A program made the translations under genes and the position numbers. Shown one piece after another: positions 1 through 7,491 of a DNA stretch of 64,000 nt. The notes below the pieces were generated by a model. That model searched no databases. It had not been told where the DNA came from and saw nothing but the letters and a program-made list of their open reading frames with translations. The DNA comes from Candidatus Kerfeldbacteria bacterium. Its GTDB lineage: Bacteria; Patescibacteriota; Patescibacteriia; UBA10025; JAHIVO01. The DNA lies in contig CP181398.1 of NCBI GenBank assembly GCA_047946875.1, positions 1,169,329 to 1,233,328 of the forward strand, read 5' to 3'. Positions within the stretch are counted from its first letter, which is position 1. Every line of letters starts with the position of its first letter.

Positions 1-1248
1 TGATAAGGATTTTATTTTATTCATTAATAATGAACCGTTTAATAAAAATCCAGCCGCAGTAGAACGTAACATTTGTTCATCATCTTCTTGCATAACTTCT
101 TTTAGTGCGTCAAAGGCCGTTTGTTCACCATCTAGATTTTCAAAATTTTGTTGATAATACCCCACCTTAATTTCTTCGGGGATAATTATATGTTCTGATT
201 TATTTTCGATAATCATATTTAATAATGTGCTTTTCCCAATACCATTAGGTCCGGAAACTAAAGCATGCATATCTTTTCGTAATAAAATATCAATTTTCTT
301 TTCTACAACCTTATTTTTTTTCATGGCTGTAATGGAGGTAATGTGTAATATTTTTCCATGGAAATGATCATCAAATTCTTGCATTGGAATTGTAAATGGG
401 CGAATTGTTTTATCTCCTTGTCGAACATCAACAAGATTTTCTTTTGCTTCAGCTGCTGATTCTCTCATGCGTTTTGCTACACCACGTAGTTTACCGCCTT
501 TGTGTGCGAACACTTCTGCTTGAGCTGTTTTTTCTTTTATTTGTCTTTGCATGCGTGCATTTAAAAGATTTTCTCTTTCTATACGTGCCTCAATTTCTTC
601 TACTACGTCGTTATAGTTTCCAGTGTATTGTTCAACTTTTTTTGTATGTACGTCAAGGTATAGAACACCATCAGAAAAAGTATTTAGAAATTCTGCATCA
701 TGTGATATTACTAAGACAGTTTTTTCATACATTATTAAGAAGGTAGTCAGATGGTCTATGCCATCTTGATCAAGATTGTTTGTTGGTTCATCTAATAGAA
801 GTAGGTCAGGTTCTTGGATCAAAGCATGAGCTAAAAGGAGTCTGGCATGTTGACCACCAGATAGTTCTTTAATATATTTTGTGATTGGTACTGATAAATT
901 CACTACTTCTAAAACGTCGTTAATCATTTTATCCAATGAGTATTGCTTATCTTCGAAGGCAGTAGCAAAATATTCTTGGATGGTTAGATCTAACATTTCT
1001 TTTGGCATTACTTGTCTTGCAATGGCGACTGTAGCATCTTGCGGTGAACGTGATACTTGTCCCTCGATAGGTTTGAGCTCTCCTGTGATTAATTTCAACA
1101 TAGAACTTTTACCAGCGCCATTTTGACCCATCAGAGTTATTCTATTTCCTGAGCGAACTGAAAAATTTACTTCATCAAGTAATTTTTTACCGTGTTCATA
1201 TTCAAATGTTACGTCTGAGAATCTAAGGACGACGTTGTTGTCTGCCAT
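1..1248 (-). CDS. ABC-F family ATPase (tandem ABC cassettes, no TM domain); 3' end lies beyond window start
   Basis: Own reverse-strand translation from ATG (rc) at 1246-1248: MADNNVVLRFSDVTFEYEHGKK... Walker A GQNGAGKSS, signature LSGGQ, Walker B LLLDEPTNNLD, second Walker A GPNGIGKST. Absent from the ORF track because it is open at the window edge. Confidence 0.85.
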   Translation of the reverse strand, partial: MADNNVVLRFSDVTFEYEHGKKLLDEVNFSVRSGNRITLMGQNGAGKSSMLKLITGELKPIEGQVSRSPQDATVAIARQVMPKEMLDLTIQEYFATAFEDKQYSLDKMINDVLEVVNLSVPITKYIKELSGGQHARLLLAHALIQEPDLLLLDEPTNNLDQDGIDHLTTFLIMYEKTVLVISHDAEFLNTFSDGVLYLDVHTKKVEQYTGNYNDVVEEIEARIERENLLNARMQRQIKEKTAQAEVFAHKGGKLRGVAKRMRESAAEAKENLVDVRQGDKTIRPFTIPMQEFDDHFHGKILHITSITAMKKNKVVEKKIDILLRKDMHALVSGPNGIGKSTLLNMIIENKSEHIIIPEEIKVGYYQQNFENLDGEQTAFDALKEVMQEDDEQMLRSTAAGFLLNGSLLMNKIKSLS

Positions 1249-1332
1249 ATTATTAATATTTTATGAAATTTATTCTATCATCTAGCTGATAATAATACAA
1301 GTATTATAATTATATATACTAGTAAAAAGGGT

Positions 1333-1384
1333 AAAAAAAAAGGGGCTTGAAGTATTAAATTATATACTTCTAACATTGTGCCCC
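1333..1384 (-). terminator. Rho-independent terminator (minus strand)
   Basis: On the minus strand, a GGGGC...GCCCC stem (1342-1384, inner stem GAAGTAT/ATACTTC) is followed by nine U (plus-strand A-run 1333-1341). Confidence 0.7.
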
Positions 1385-1605
1385 ATACAACGCCTGAGTG
1401 TTGGTGTGCTCAGGTGAGTAAATTTTATGTTTTGAGTATGACCACCTGGGTGGTCACCATAAAATCTTTAGCTTAATCTACTAGATTGGCTTACTTTGAG
1501 GGGTAAATACACCCAGATCAGAGATACCACCTCTGCTCAAAGCTGTTTCAATCAAGTGACTAAACCTTACGAGGGACTCATCAGCACCCCGGTTTATCTT
1601 ATGTA
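1385..1605 (-). ncRNA. Unclassified structured RNA region (structured 3' UTR of the 78-aa ORF, or an independent sRNA)
   Basis: Stems seen by eye: CCTGAG 1393-1398 / CTCAGG 1409-1414; ACCACC 1441-1446 / GGTGGT 1449-1454; CTTTGAG 1494-1500 / CTCAAAG 1536-1542 enclosing CAGAG 1519-1523 / CTCTG 1531-1535. Ends at the terminator at 1333-1384. No tmRNA, RNase P, SRP or 6S signature recognised. Confidence 0.3.
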
Positions 1606-1842
1606 TTACAAGTTAGAGTAAAAATGGTAGCGGTCACCAAATATATCAGTTAAACCTTGGTGATGTATTATCTTGAATAGACATATCAAGACCGCTTTAT
1701 CTGTCTTGTTAGTAGGGTTATCGCCTGGGATGTTTATCGGTTTGCCTTTTATCACTGTGGCATACGAATAACATCCATAACGGAAATTAACCTCTACCAA
1801 GCGACCACGAAAACGTACCGTTTCTTTATCATACCAAGCCAT
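1606..1842 (-). CDS. hypothetical protein (78 aa)
   Basis: ORF track. GAGGG lies a few nt upstream of the ATG. A minus-strand TTGACA(1912-1917)-17 nt-TAAGTT(1889-1894) promoter-like sequence is present. No domain recognised. Confidence 0.4.
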   Translation of the reverse strand: MAWYDKETVRFRGRLVEVNFRYGCYSYATVIKGKPINIPGDNPTNKTDKAVLICLFKIIHHQGLTDIFGDRYHFYSNL

Positions 1843-2056
1843 ATTAGACCCTCTTGTAATGCGTTAAATTAAAAATGAGCGATTGATCAACTTACATCAA
1901 AACAAAAATATTGTCAAGGGGGGGCTAAAGAAATATCTAAAGTTTCTGCAAGAAACTCCATGTCATAGGCACTATCTAATTTGTGGTAAGTCATTTTTTT
2001 GACAAAAAATATATACCTGATATATTATATAATTAGAATAAGTAAATAAATATCAT

Positions 2057-3847
2057 ATGAGATTAAGAATAATTTTATCAACATTAGTCATTATCTTATT
2101 TATAGGTTGGCCGTTGACCGCTTTTTTGCGTTCAGCGCCTAATCAACCAATAAAACAAAACCTTTTGGACTCAGAGGTTAGTATTGAAAAATATATACAG
2201 ACGATGTTATATCCAAACACGCCATTCAAGGATTTTAATTCTGATGCTCCTTGGGTACATAGAGGAGGTTTGGATGAACAAATACCAATAATTTCATTTA
2301 TCAAGGATGCACATCTTGATAGTATAGGTTTGGATTATGTGGCTTTTTATAGATTGAATCCAGAGCAATTAGTAGCTGTTTATAATCCATCTGGTCTGGT
2401 AACTATAGATTCCCCTTTTTGGTATATAAGTCTCAATAACTTGACTCCGAATGATTTGGGATTAAATTACGGAGATGATCTGCAAATACGAATTAATATT
2501 AGGTTTAGGGATCAACTAATTTATCATACTTATAAATATTATCTTTCAATAGCTATACGTGGATCATTACCACAGCAGGATGGATGGTATCGTGGAGATA
2601 TCCATCATCATACTTTTTTTACTTCCGATATTTTTGAATACGGAGGATTTCCGGAATTTGACGTGAAAGCTGCAAAAGACATCGGTATGGATTGGATTGC
2701 TTTCACTGATCACTCTTATGATGTATCGGCTTCGGAGTGGGAAAATTTGAAAACTACTGCTCAAGAAAATTCAACCGACGATTTTATTGTACTTCCGGGT
2801 ATGGAATTTTCAGTTGATAATAACAATTCAAATGATTTGGTGGATGATAGAGTTCATTTGTTAGGATTGGGATTTGACAGTTGGATATCAGGACCTGATA
2901 TTGTTCCGGGATTTGATGTTTTTGGTTCACAACCAAGGGTTATGACAGATATTTTGGATGATATAGAAACACAAGGAGGAGTTTCATATGCAGCTCATCC
3001 ATTATCAGAAATTACAGCATTGTCAAACTGGGGATTTATTAAGCCTTGGTCATCTACTAATTATACCGAAGCATTCGATTATGAATCTTTTGTAGGAATG
3101 GAAATTTTTAACAGACGTCAGACGTCATTTAATAACACGGGAATTACAACTGACAATGTAAATCCATTCCCATGGAGTTTGAATTCCAATTGGGATACGG
3201 AATGGCAGGATGGAATTACTAAGTTCAATCAATTAGTAGGAGATAATTTGGACAGGAAAATATTTTTTTCCGGTGGTGCTGATGCACATGGAGATGCGAA
3301 TTTTGAAACAAGTAATAATTATGGATTGGTGGATGTTGCTGCAAATAACAATGCATTAGGTAAGGTTCATACAGTAGCTTATTTACCGAACGGTTTGAGC
3401 CAAGAAAACTTGTTATATGCATTAAAAAACGGCCATTCTATAGTAAGTGACGGGCCGTTAGTAAATATGAGTGTCAGAAGATCAGGGGGGTGTAGTAGCT
3501 GGACAGTAGGAAATATTGGAGATCGTATTAATTATAGTGGTAGTGACAAGTTATTAATTAGTGGGAAATCATCAGATGAATTCGGAGGATTGGAAACTGC
3601 TACAGTGCATATAATCAATTCGCTCGGACATAGTACGGAAAATTTTTCTTTCTCTGGAAATTATGATTTCCAAACATTATTATTATTTTCATTAAACCAA
3701 ACTGACACTTTCGCAGTTTGGACAGAAGTGGAAACCTCTTTAGGTTATAGGAGTTTTTCAAATCCTATTTGGTTTAATTTACCGGATTCCGCATTTAATT
3801 ATGATATTGTGGATCCATATCCGGTTGTTAATCAAAATTGTTATTAA
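2057..3847 (+). CDS. membrane-anchored PHP-domain (CehA/McbA-like) metal-dependent phosphoesterase
   Basis: ORF track, 596 aa. N-terminal hydrophobic anchor. PHP-type metal-ligand motifs GDIHHHT, AFTDHSY, HLLGLG, AAHP, GGADAHGD. TTGACA-type promoter upstream (~2000-2035). Confidence 0.75.
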   Translation: MRLRIILSTLVIILFIGWPLTAFLRSAPNQPIKQNLLDSEVSIEKYIQTMLYPNTPFKDFNSDAPWVHRGGLDEQIPIISFIKDAHLDSIGLDYVAFYRLNPEQLVAVYNPSGLVTIDSPFWYISLNNLTPNDLGLNYGDDLQIRINIRFRDQLIYHTYKYYLSIAIRGSLPQQDGWYRGDIHHHTFFTSDIFEYGGFPEFDVKAAKDIGMDWIAFTDHSYDVSASEWENLKTTAQENSTDDFIVLPGMEFSVDNNNSNDLVDDRVHLLGLGFDSWISGPDIVPGFDVFGSQPRVMTDILDDIETQGGVSYAAHPLSEITALSNWGFIKPWSSTNYTEAFDYESFVGMEIFNRRQTSFNNTGITTDNVNPFPWSLNSNWDTEWQDGITKFNQLVGDNLDRKIFFSGGADAHGDANFETSNNYGLVDVAANNNALGKVHTVAYLPNGLSQENLLYALKNGHSIVSDGPLVNMSVRRSGGCSSWTVGNIGDRINYSGSDKLLISGKSSDEFGGLETATVHIINSLGHSTENFSFSGNYDFQTLLLFSLNQTDTFAVWTEVETSLGYRSFSNPIWFNLPDSAFNYDIVDPYPVVNQNCY

Positions 3848-3922
3848 AAATAGTAACTTTACGATATAAATTAAATATGATAAACTATTTTAAAACCAAA
3901 GAGTTTTTATAACGGAGGTATT

Positions 3923-4099
3923 ATGAAGTGTGGCAATTGTAGTGGGACGGGTAGAACATATTGGGGTACATGCAATAAGTGCCATGGAAAAGGAAGATGC
4001 GGAGGGAAAAGAAAAAGTAAATCCCGACGTGTTTTACGGGGAAAGGCCCGTAGACATCCGCTTTCAGTAGCTAAGAGGAAACGCCGTTGGGCGTTATAA
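3923..4099 (+). CDS. small DnaJ-type zinc-finger protein with basic tail (58 aa; below ORF-track cutoff)
   Basis: Own translation: MKCGNCSGTGRTYWGTCNKCHGKGRCGGKRKSKSRRVLRGKARRHPLSVAKRKRRWAL. Two CxxCxGxG motifs. GGAGG at 3914-3918, 4 nt before the ATG. Terminator immediately downstream. The antisense track ORF 3907-4107 is probably spurious. Confidence 0.55.
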   Translation: MKCGNCSGTGRTYWGTCNKCHGKGRCGGKRKSKSRRVLRGKARRHPLSVAKRKRRWAL

Positions 4100-4105
4100 A
4101 TTATC

Positions 4106-4140
4106 AAGCCCTGTCTATTGATAGGGCTTTTATTTATTTA
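4106..4140 (+). terminator. Rho-independent terminator
   Basis: AAGCCCT (4106-4112) / AGGGCTT (4123-4129) stem followed by a T-rich run. Confidence 0.65.
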
Positions 4141-4328
4141 TATTTGTTTTTTAAATTTTACGCTTCTGGAGCAATAAAATTACGAGCAATCCATTTGCAT
4201 GCTAGTCAGGTATATACTAGAGCACGAGTTGGTGAACATGGAGAAAAAGCATCCAGGCAATTTTTTACACAGGAGACTTTTACTCAGATATATCCTAAAA
4301 TAAATAAAATGATTAATTTGTAATAATT

Positions 4329-4454
4329 TTAGATTTTACCTTTTCTCTTTTTTGCCTTCTCTTCAAGCATAATCCTCTTTGCTTCGAGTCTTTTTGCTGT
4401 TTTGTGAGACTTAGTCTTTTTTTTCTTACCTACTCCCGTAGCTCTTTTTGCCAT
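4329..4454 (-). CDS. possible small lysine-rich basic protein (41 aa)
   Basis: Own translation: MAKRATGVGKKKKTKSHKTAKRLEAKRIMLEEKAKKRKGKI. No clear SD and no recognised family. Confidence 0.3.
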   Translation of the reverse strand: MAKRATGVGKKKKTKSHKTAKRLEAKRIMLEEKAKKRKGKI

Positions 4455-4522
4455 ATATATTTTATTTAATAATATTACTTATCGTATATCATTGGGTGAA
4501 ATAATGCAATAAAAAAGTTTTA

Positions 4523-4581
4523 TTAGATTATAGGTATATGATAAACTTAATGTAGGAGGTTAAGTTATTAATAGTATAAAT
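4523..4581 (+). promoter_or_regulatory. conserved promoter/5'UTR module, copy a
   Basis: ttagattataggtatatgataaacttaatgtaggaggttaagttattaatagtataaat then ATG. Contains an extended -10 (TGATAAACT). Nearly identical modules at 5148-5206 and 9041-9099. Confidence 0.6.
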
Positions 4582-4902
4582 ATGGAAGAACAAAACCAAA
4601 AACAACCAACTCAGCAGCAATCAGTACTGCAGTCCGAGGAACACAGAAAAGGAAAAATTAATTTTTCACAAGCATTCTCCAAGTTAAGTAAATATTCTAA
4701 AAGATTTTTTATTGTTTGTGAATTATTACTTGCTATAGTTGTAATATTATACTTAATGTATGAATATACCCCCTCCTGGTCTGGTTGGGTTGAATTTGTT
4801 CTGCTGTCGTATTTTTTATTTATTGTAAATATTATATATTTAATAGCAATTATTATTTTTCTCTTAACACATAAAAATTATAATGGATTGTGTGTGTGGT
4901 AG
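4582..4902 (+). CDS. small integral membrane protein (106 aa); N-terminus MEEQNQK paralogous to 5520-5951
   Basis: ORF track. Hydrophobic C-terminal half. Preceded by the conserved promoter module. Confidence 0.55.
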   Translation: MEEQNQKQPTQQQSVLQSEEHRKGKINFSQAFSKLSKYSKRFFIVCELLLAIVVILYLMYEYTPSWSGWVEFVLLSYFLFIVNIIYLIAIIIFLLTHKNYNGLCVW

Positions 4903-5071
4903 GTTTTATATACTATTTGTTAATACCTATTATTCTAATTACATCAGTGGTATTTTTTAACTGGTACTGGAACTATTTTTAAAGAATTATTTTTTTATAA
5001 AAAAATAAAAACACCTCACGAGAGAATAAGATGTTTTTTCTTGGAGAGACATCTAAATACTCAGTTATTTT

Positions 5072-5106
5072 CCCAGGTGGCTATCGTAAGATTATTCGAA
5101 CCCCAC
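5072..5106 (-). pseudogene. decayed tRNA-His-like 3' fragment
   Basis: cccaggtggctatcgtaagattattcgaacccc resembles the plus-strand text of the tRNA-His 3' part (tggggtggctagagggaatcgaaccctc). Followed about 45 nt later by promoter module b. Confidence 0.3.
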
Positions 5107-5147
5107 ATTCTGCGGGACAAGCCAATCTCAAAATCATTGAGGTTTTA

Positions 5148-5206
5148 TTGGATTTTGGGTATATGGTAGACTTAATATAGGAATTTAAGTTATTAATAGT
5201 ATAAAT
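5148..5206 (+). promoter_or_regulatory. conserved promoter/5'UTR module, copy b
   Basis: ttggattttgggtatatggtagacttaatataggaatttaagttattaatagtataaat then ATG. Extended -10 TGGTAGACT. Confidence 0.6.
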
Positions 5207-5509
5207 ATGAATTTAGGTACAACAAACATAATTTTTATAATTATATTATCATTACTTTCGATAGTTTTGGTTATATATATAGCATATTTATTTTTTAGAG
5301 TTAAAAAAGATGATAATAATAATCAAAAGACACTATATAGGTTTTTGAATTATAAACAAGTTATTACAATTGTTGTAATAGTATTGTTGGCCTTCACAAT
5401 AACAAAGGTGTCTAAAAGTTGGGAAAATTTTATATTACCATTTTATCTTCTTATTATTTTAATAATATTAGGAGTAATAGTAATTCCAAAATTATCAAAT
5501 AAAAAATAA
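5207..5509 (+). CDS. small integral membrane protein (100 aa)
   Basis: ORF track. Two or three hydrophobic helices. Confidence 0.55.
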   Translation: MNLGTTNIIFIIILSLLSIVLVIYIAYLFFRVKKDDNNNQKTLYRFLNYKQVITIVVIVLLAFTITKVSKSWENFILPFYLLIILIILGVIVIPKLSNKK

Positions 5510-5519
5510 AGGTGTAAAT

Positions 5520-5951
5520 ATGGAAGAACAAAATCAAAAACATACAACATTTCAGCCAGAAGAACCTAAGAATAAAACTTTTAAAAAAATAAAAATCTTT
5601 AGTAGATGTGTATGGGGATTATTTTCAGTTCTAATTGTTTTAAGGAATCTATTTGGCATCGAAATTCCTTTTATAATATTTCAATTTATTGCTTCTATTT
5701 TTTTTATAAGCGGGGTTTTTTCTTTTTGGGTGTTTGCTAACCGTGGAATTAAAGATGTTCGTTTACTTGTTAAATTTCAACTTTGGCAATATTTTTATAT
5801 TGCCTCTGTAGTATTACTAGGTATTTTTACTGCAAATCCTGATGTTAATCAGATGGATGTATTAATATTTTCTATGATTTTTGTTACGTATCTATTGGGA
5901 GAAGCGGCTAATTATTACGAAAAAAAGACTGAGGCTTCAGAAAAAAAATAA
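5520..5951 (+). CDS. small integral membrane protein (143 aa), paralogue of 4582-4902
   Basis: ORF track. Shares the MEEQNQK N-terminus. Ends in an A8 tract (5941-5948). Confidence 0.6.
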   Translation: MEEQNQKHTTFQPEEPKNKTFKKIKIFSRCVWGLFSVLIVLRNLFGIEIPFIIFQFIASIFFISGVFSFWVFANRGIKDVRLLVKFQLWQYFYIASVVLLGIFTANPDVNQMDVLIFSMIFVTYLLGEAANYYEKKTEASEKK

Positions 5952-6127
5952 AACAAAACTTTTTAAAGATTGGAAATTTTGGGTGTGGGTAATAATTGTC
6001 CTATTGGTTGCTGCTTTTATTATATATAGTAGTTGATAATTATAATGCCACAAAAGGATTTAATTAAAGTATATTAAAAAATTCTGCTTATCGGCAGGCA
6101 GGCACCTTAAGAGGCGGGATTTTTTGA

Positions 6128-6245
6128 TTGGGGTCGGATAGCCCGTCCGCCACAGCTTCGCCGTAGGCGTGCCGGGCGGGCTGTTTACCCCGTCCTTCAT
6201 GGAAGGCGGGGTAAATTTTAGAACTTATTTATTAAGAGGTGTTTT
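6128..6245. repeat. copy of the 11291-11335 repeat (tRNA-His 3'-end-like) carrying two GC-hairpin insertions
   Basis: ttggggtcggatagc + [39-nt GC palindrome 6143-6181] + tgttta + [~29-nt hairpin 6188-6216, ccccgtccttcatggaaggcgggg] + ttagaacttattta. The uninterrupted version at 11291-11335 reads ctggggtcggatagctgtttatcttagaacttattta. Confidence 0.7.
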
Positions 6246-6250
6246 ATTAT

Positions 6251-7048
6251 TTATTTTTTCAATTCAACTACATCAAGTGTGCGATTATAAATCGATGCTG
6301 TCTGGCCGGCATCAACATTCCAGCCAACCTGAAAAGTATGTGATCCAGCAGTAACATCTACCAAGGCATTGAAGGCCATGTTAAATGGACCGCCGGAAGA
6401 AGCGGCAGTTCCTCTTCTAATGGTGTGATCAACTATTGTCCCATCAACAATTAAAAAAGTCCTGGCTGAAACAAAGTCATTATTAATACTAAATACCCCA
6501 CTGAAATTAATTAATACGGTGCTGGCGCCAGTTGTAACAACAATAGTTTCATCTAAAATATCATAATTTGGGGAATTTTGTGTTGTTGTATCCGTAGTTG
6601 TTCCATAAGCTTCACTCGTTTGAGTTATGGCGCCGGCTGCAATATTGGTAGATGTTACTATCCCTGTCCCCATCAAACTTCCCACCGTCAATGATCCGAT
6701 TACTTCCATATTATCATTTACGATAAATGGCATGGTATCACTTGTCCCAGCTGTAGCACCACGCCAAACACGACCGTCTATTCTTACATTATCTCCAAAG
6801 GTCACAGGGTTATCAACACTATTGGTTGTTGTATCGTTTACAATAGAGCCGTTAAAGTAAGTTACTCCTCCAATATCCTGTTCCCCGATCATAATTGAAC
6901 GCATTTTCATAGTTCCATCAACTTGATAAATATCTCCTTCCGGTCCAAATTGGGAGGTGACATTGTGTGTGGCCGCAGCATTTACAATCCCCACCGTTAA
7001 TGCGATGGAAATGATCACTACCAACGATGTTATTAGTTTTTTGTTCAT
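6251..7048 (-). CDS. secreted fibre-like protein, paralogue A (conserved N-terminal half, C1q/TNF-like-looking C-terminal head)
   Basis: ORF track, 265 aa. Signal peptide ending VNA-A. About the first 130 aa align with 15173-16045 and 16160-17077. The C-terminus is unrelated to theirs. Confidence 0.8.
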   Translation of the reverse strand: MNKKLITSLVVIISIALTVGIVNAAATHNVTSQFGPEGDIYQVDGTMKMRSIMIGEQDIGGVTYFNGSIVNDTTTNSVDNPVTFGDNVRIDGRVWRGATAGTSDTMPFIVNDNMEVIGSLTVGSLMGTGIVTSTNIAAGAITQTSEAYGTTTDTTTQNSPNYDILDETIVVTTGASTVLINFSGVFSINNDFVSARTFLIVDGTIVDHTIRRGTAASSGGPFNMAFNALVDVTAGSHTFQVGWNVDAGQTASIYNRTLDVVELKK

Positions 7049-7066
7049 AAATTTTATGTTTAATGA

Positions 7067-7267
7067 TTATTTATCTTTACACTCTTTGAATATTGTGTCA
7101 CTAGTGCAATCAATATTAGTGCATGGCACCAGTACGCTTAAGCAACTGTCGTCCATTTTGCATTCTTGTTCATTTAATTCAGAGCAAGTTTTACTTCCGG
7201 TAAACAGTATCACGGCGCCAATGATTAATATGATTATGACAATTATTATAATTATATTTTTATTCAT
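7067..7267 (-). CDS. small membrane-anchored cysteine-rich protein
   Basis: ORF track 7067-7294. Probable start at the internal MNKNIIII (7267). Six Cys in the exposed part. Confidence 0.5.
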   Translation of the reverse strand: MNKNIIIIIVIIILIIGAVILFTGSKTCSELNEQECKMDDSCLSVLVPCTNIDCTSDTIFKECKDK

Positions 7268-7275
7268 ATTTTTTC

Positions 7276-7479
7276 TTATAAATCTAAAATCCATTCCAGC
7301 AGTTCAATTTGTTTTTCCAGTAATTTTTTCTTATATTTCATTTTAATTTTCCAATCTTTTTCGAAAGAATGGCTATCTTCATCAACTTCCTCTTCCATTT
7401 CTTCTACTTCCTCGTTAATTTCTTCCAGTTCTAATTCCAATTCATCTAATTTGTCTGTAATTTGTTCTTGATTTTTCAT
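7276..7479 (-). CDS. small acidic coiled-coil protein (67 aa)
   Basis: ORF track. E/D-rich heptad-like sequence. Confidence 0.45.
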   Translation of the reverse strand: MKNQEQITDKLDELELELEEINEEVEEMEEEVDEDSHSFEKDWKIKMKYKKKLLEKQIELLEWILDL

Positions 7480-7491
7480 ATTTTTTAAAAA

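Noticed and set aside
1545-1584. Minus-strand CUGAUGAG ... GAAAC, reminiscent of a hammerhead ribozyme core
   Set aside because: The sequence between the two boxes cannot form stem II, and I could not draw stems I/III or a cleavage-site triplet. Probably chance.
4087-4323. Track ORFs 4087-4323 (+) and 3907-4107 (-)
   Set aside because: The first spans a terminator and AT-rich spacer with no SD. The second is antisense to a better-supported zinc-finger ORF.
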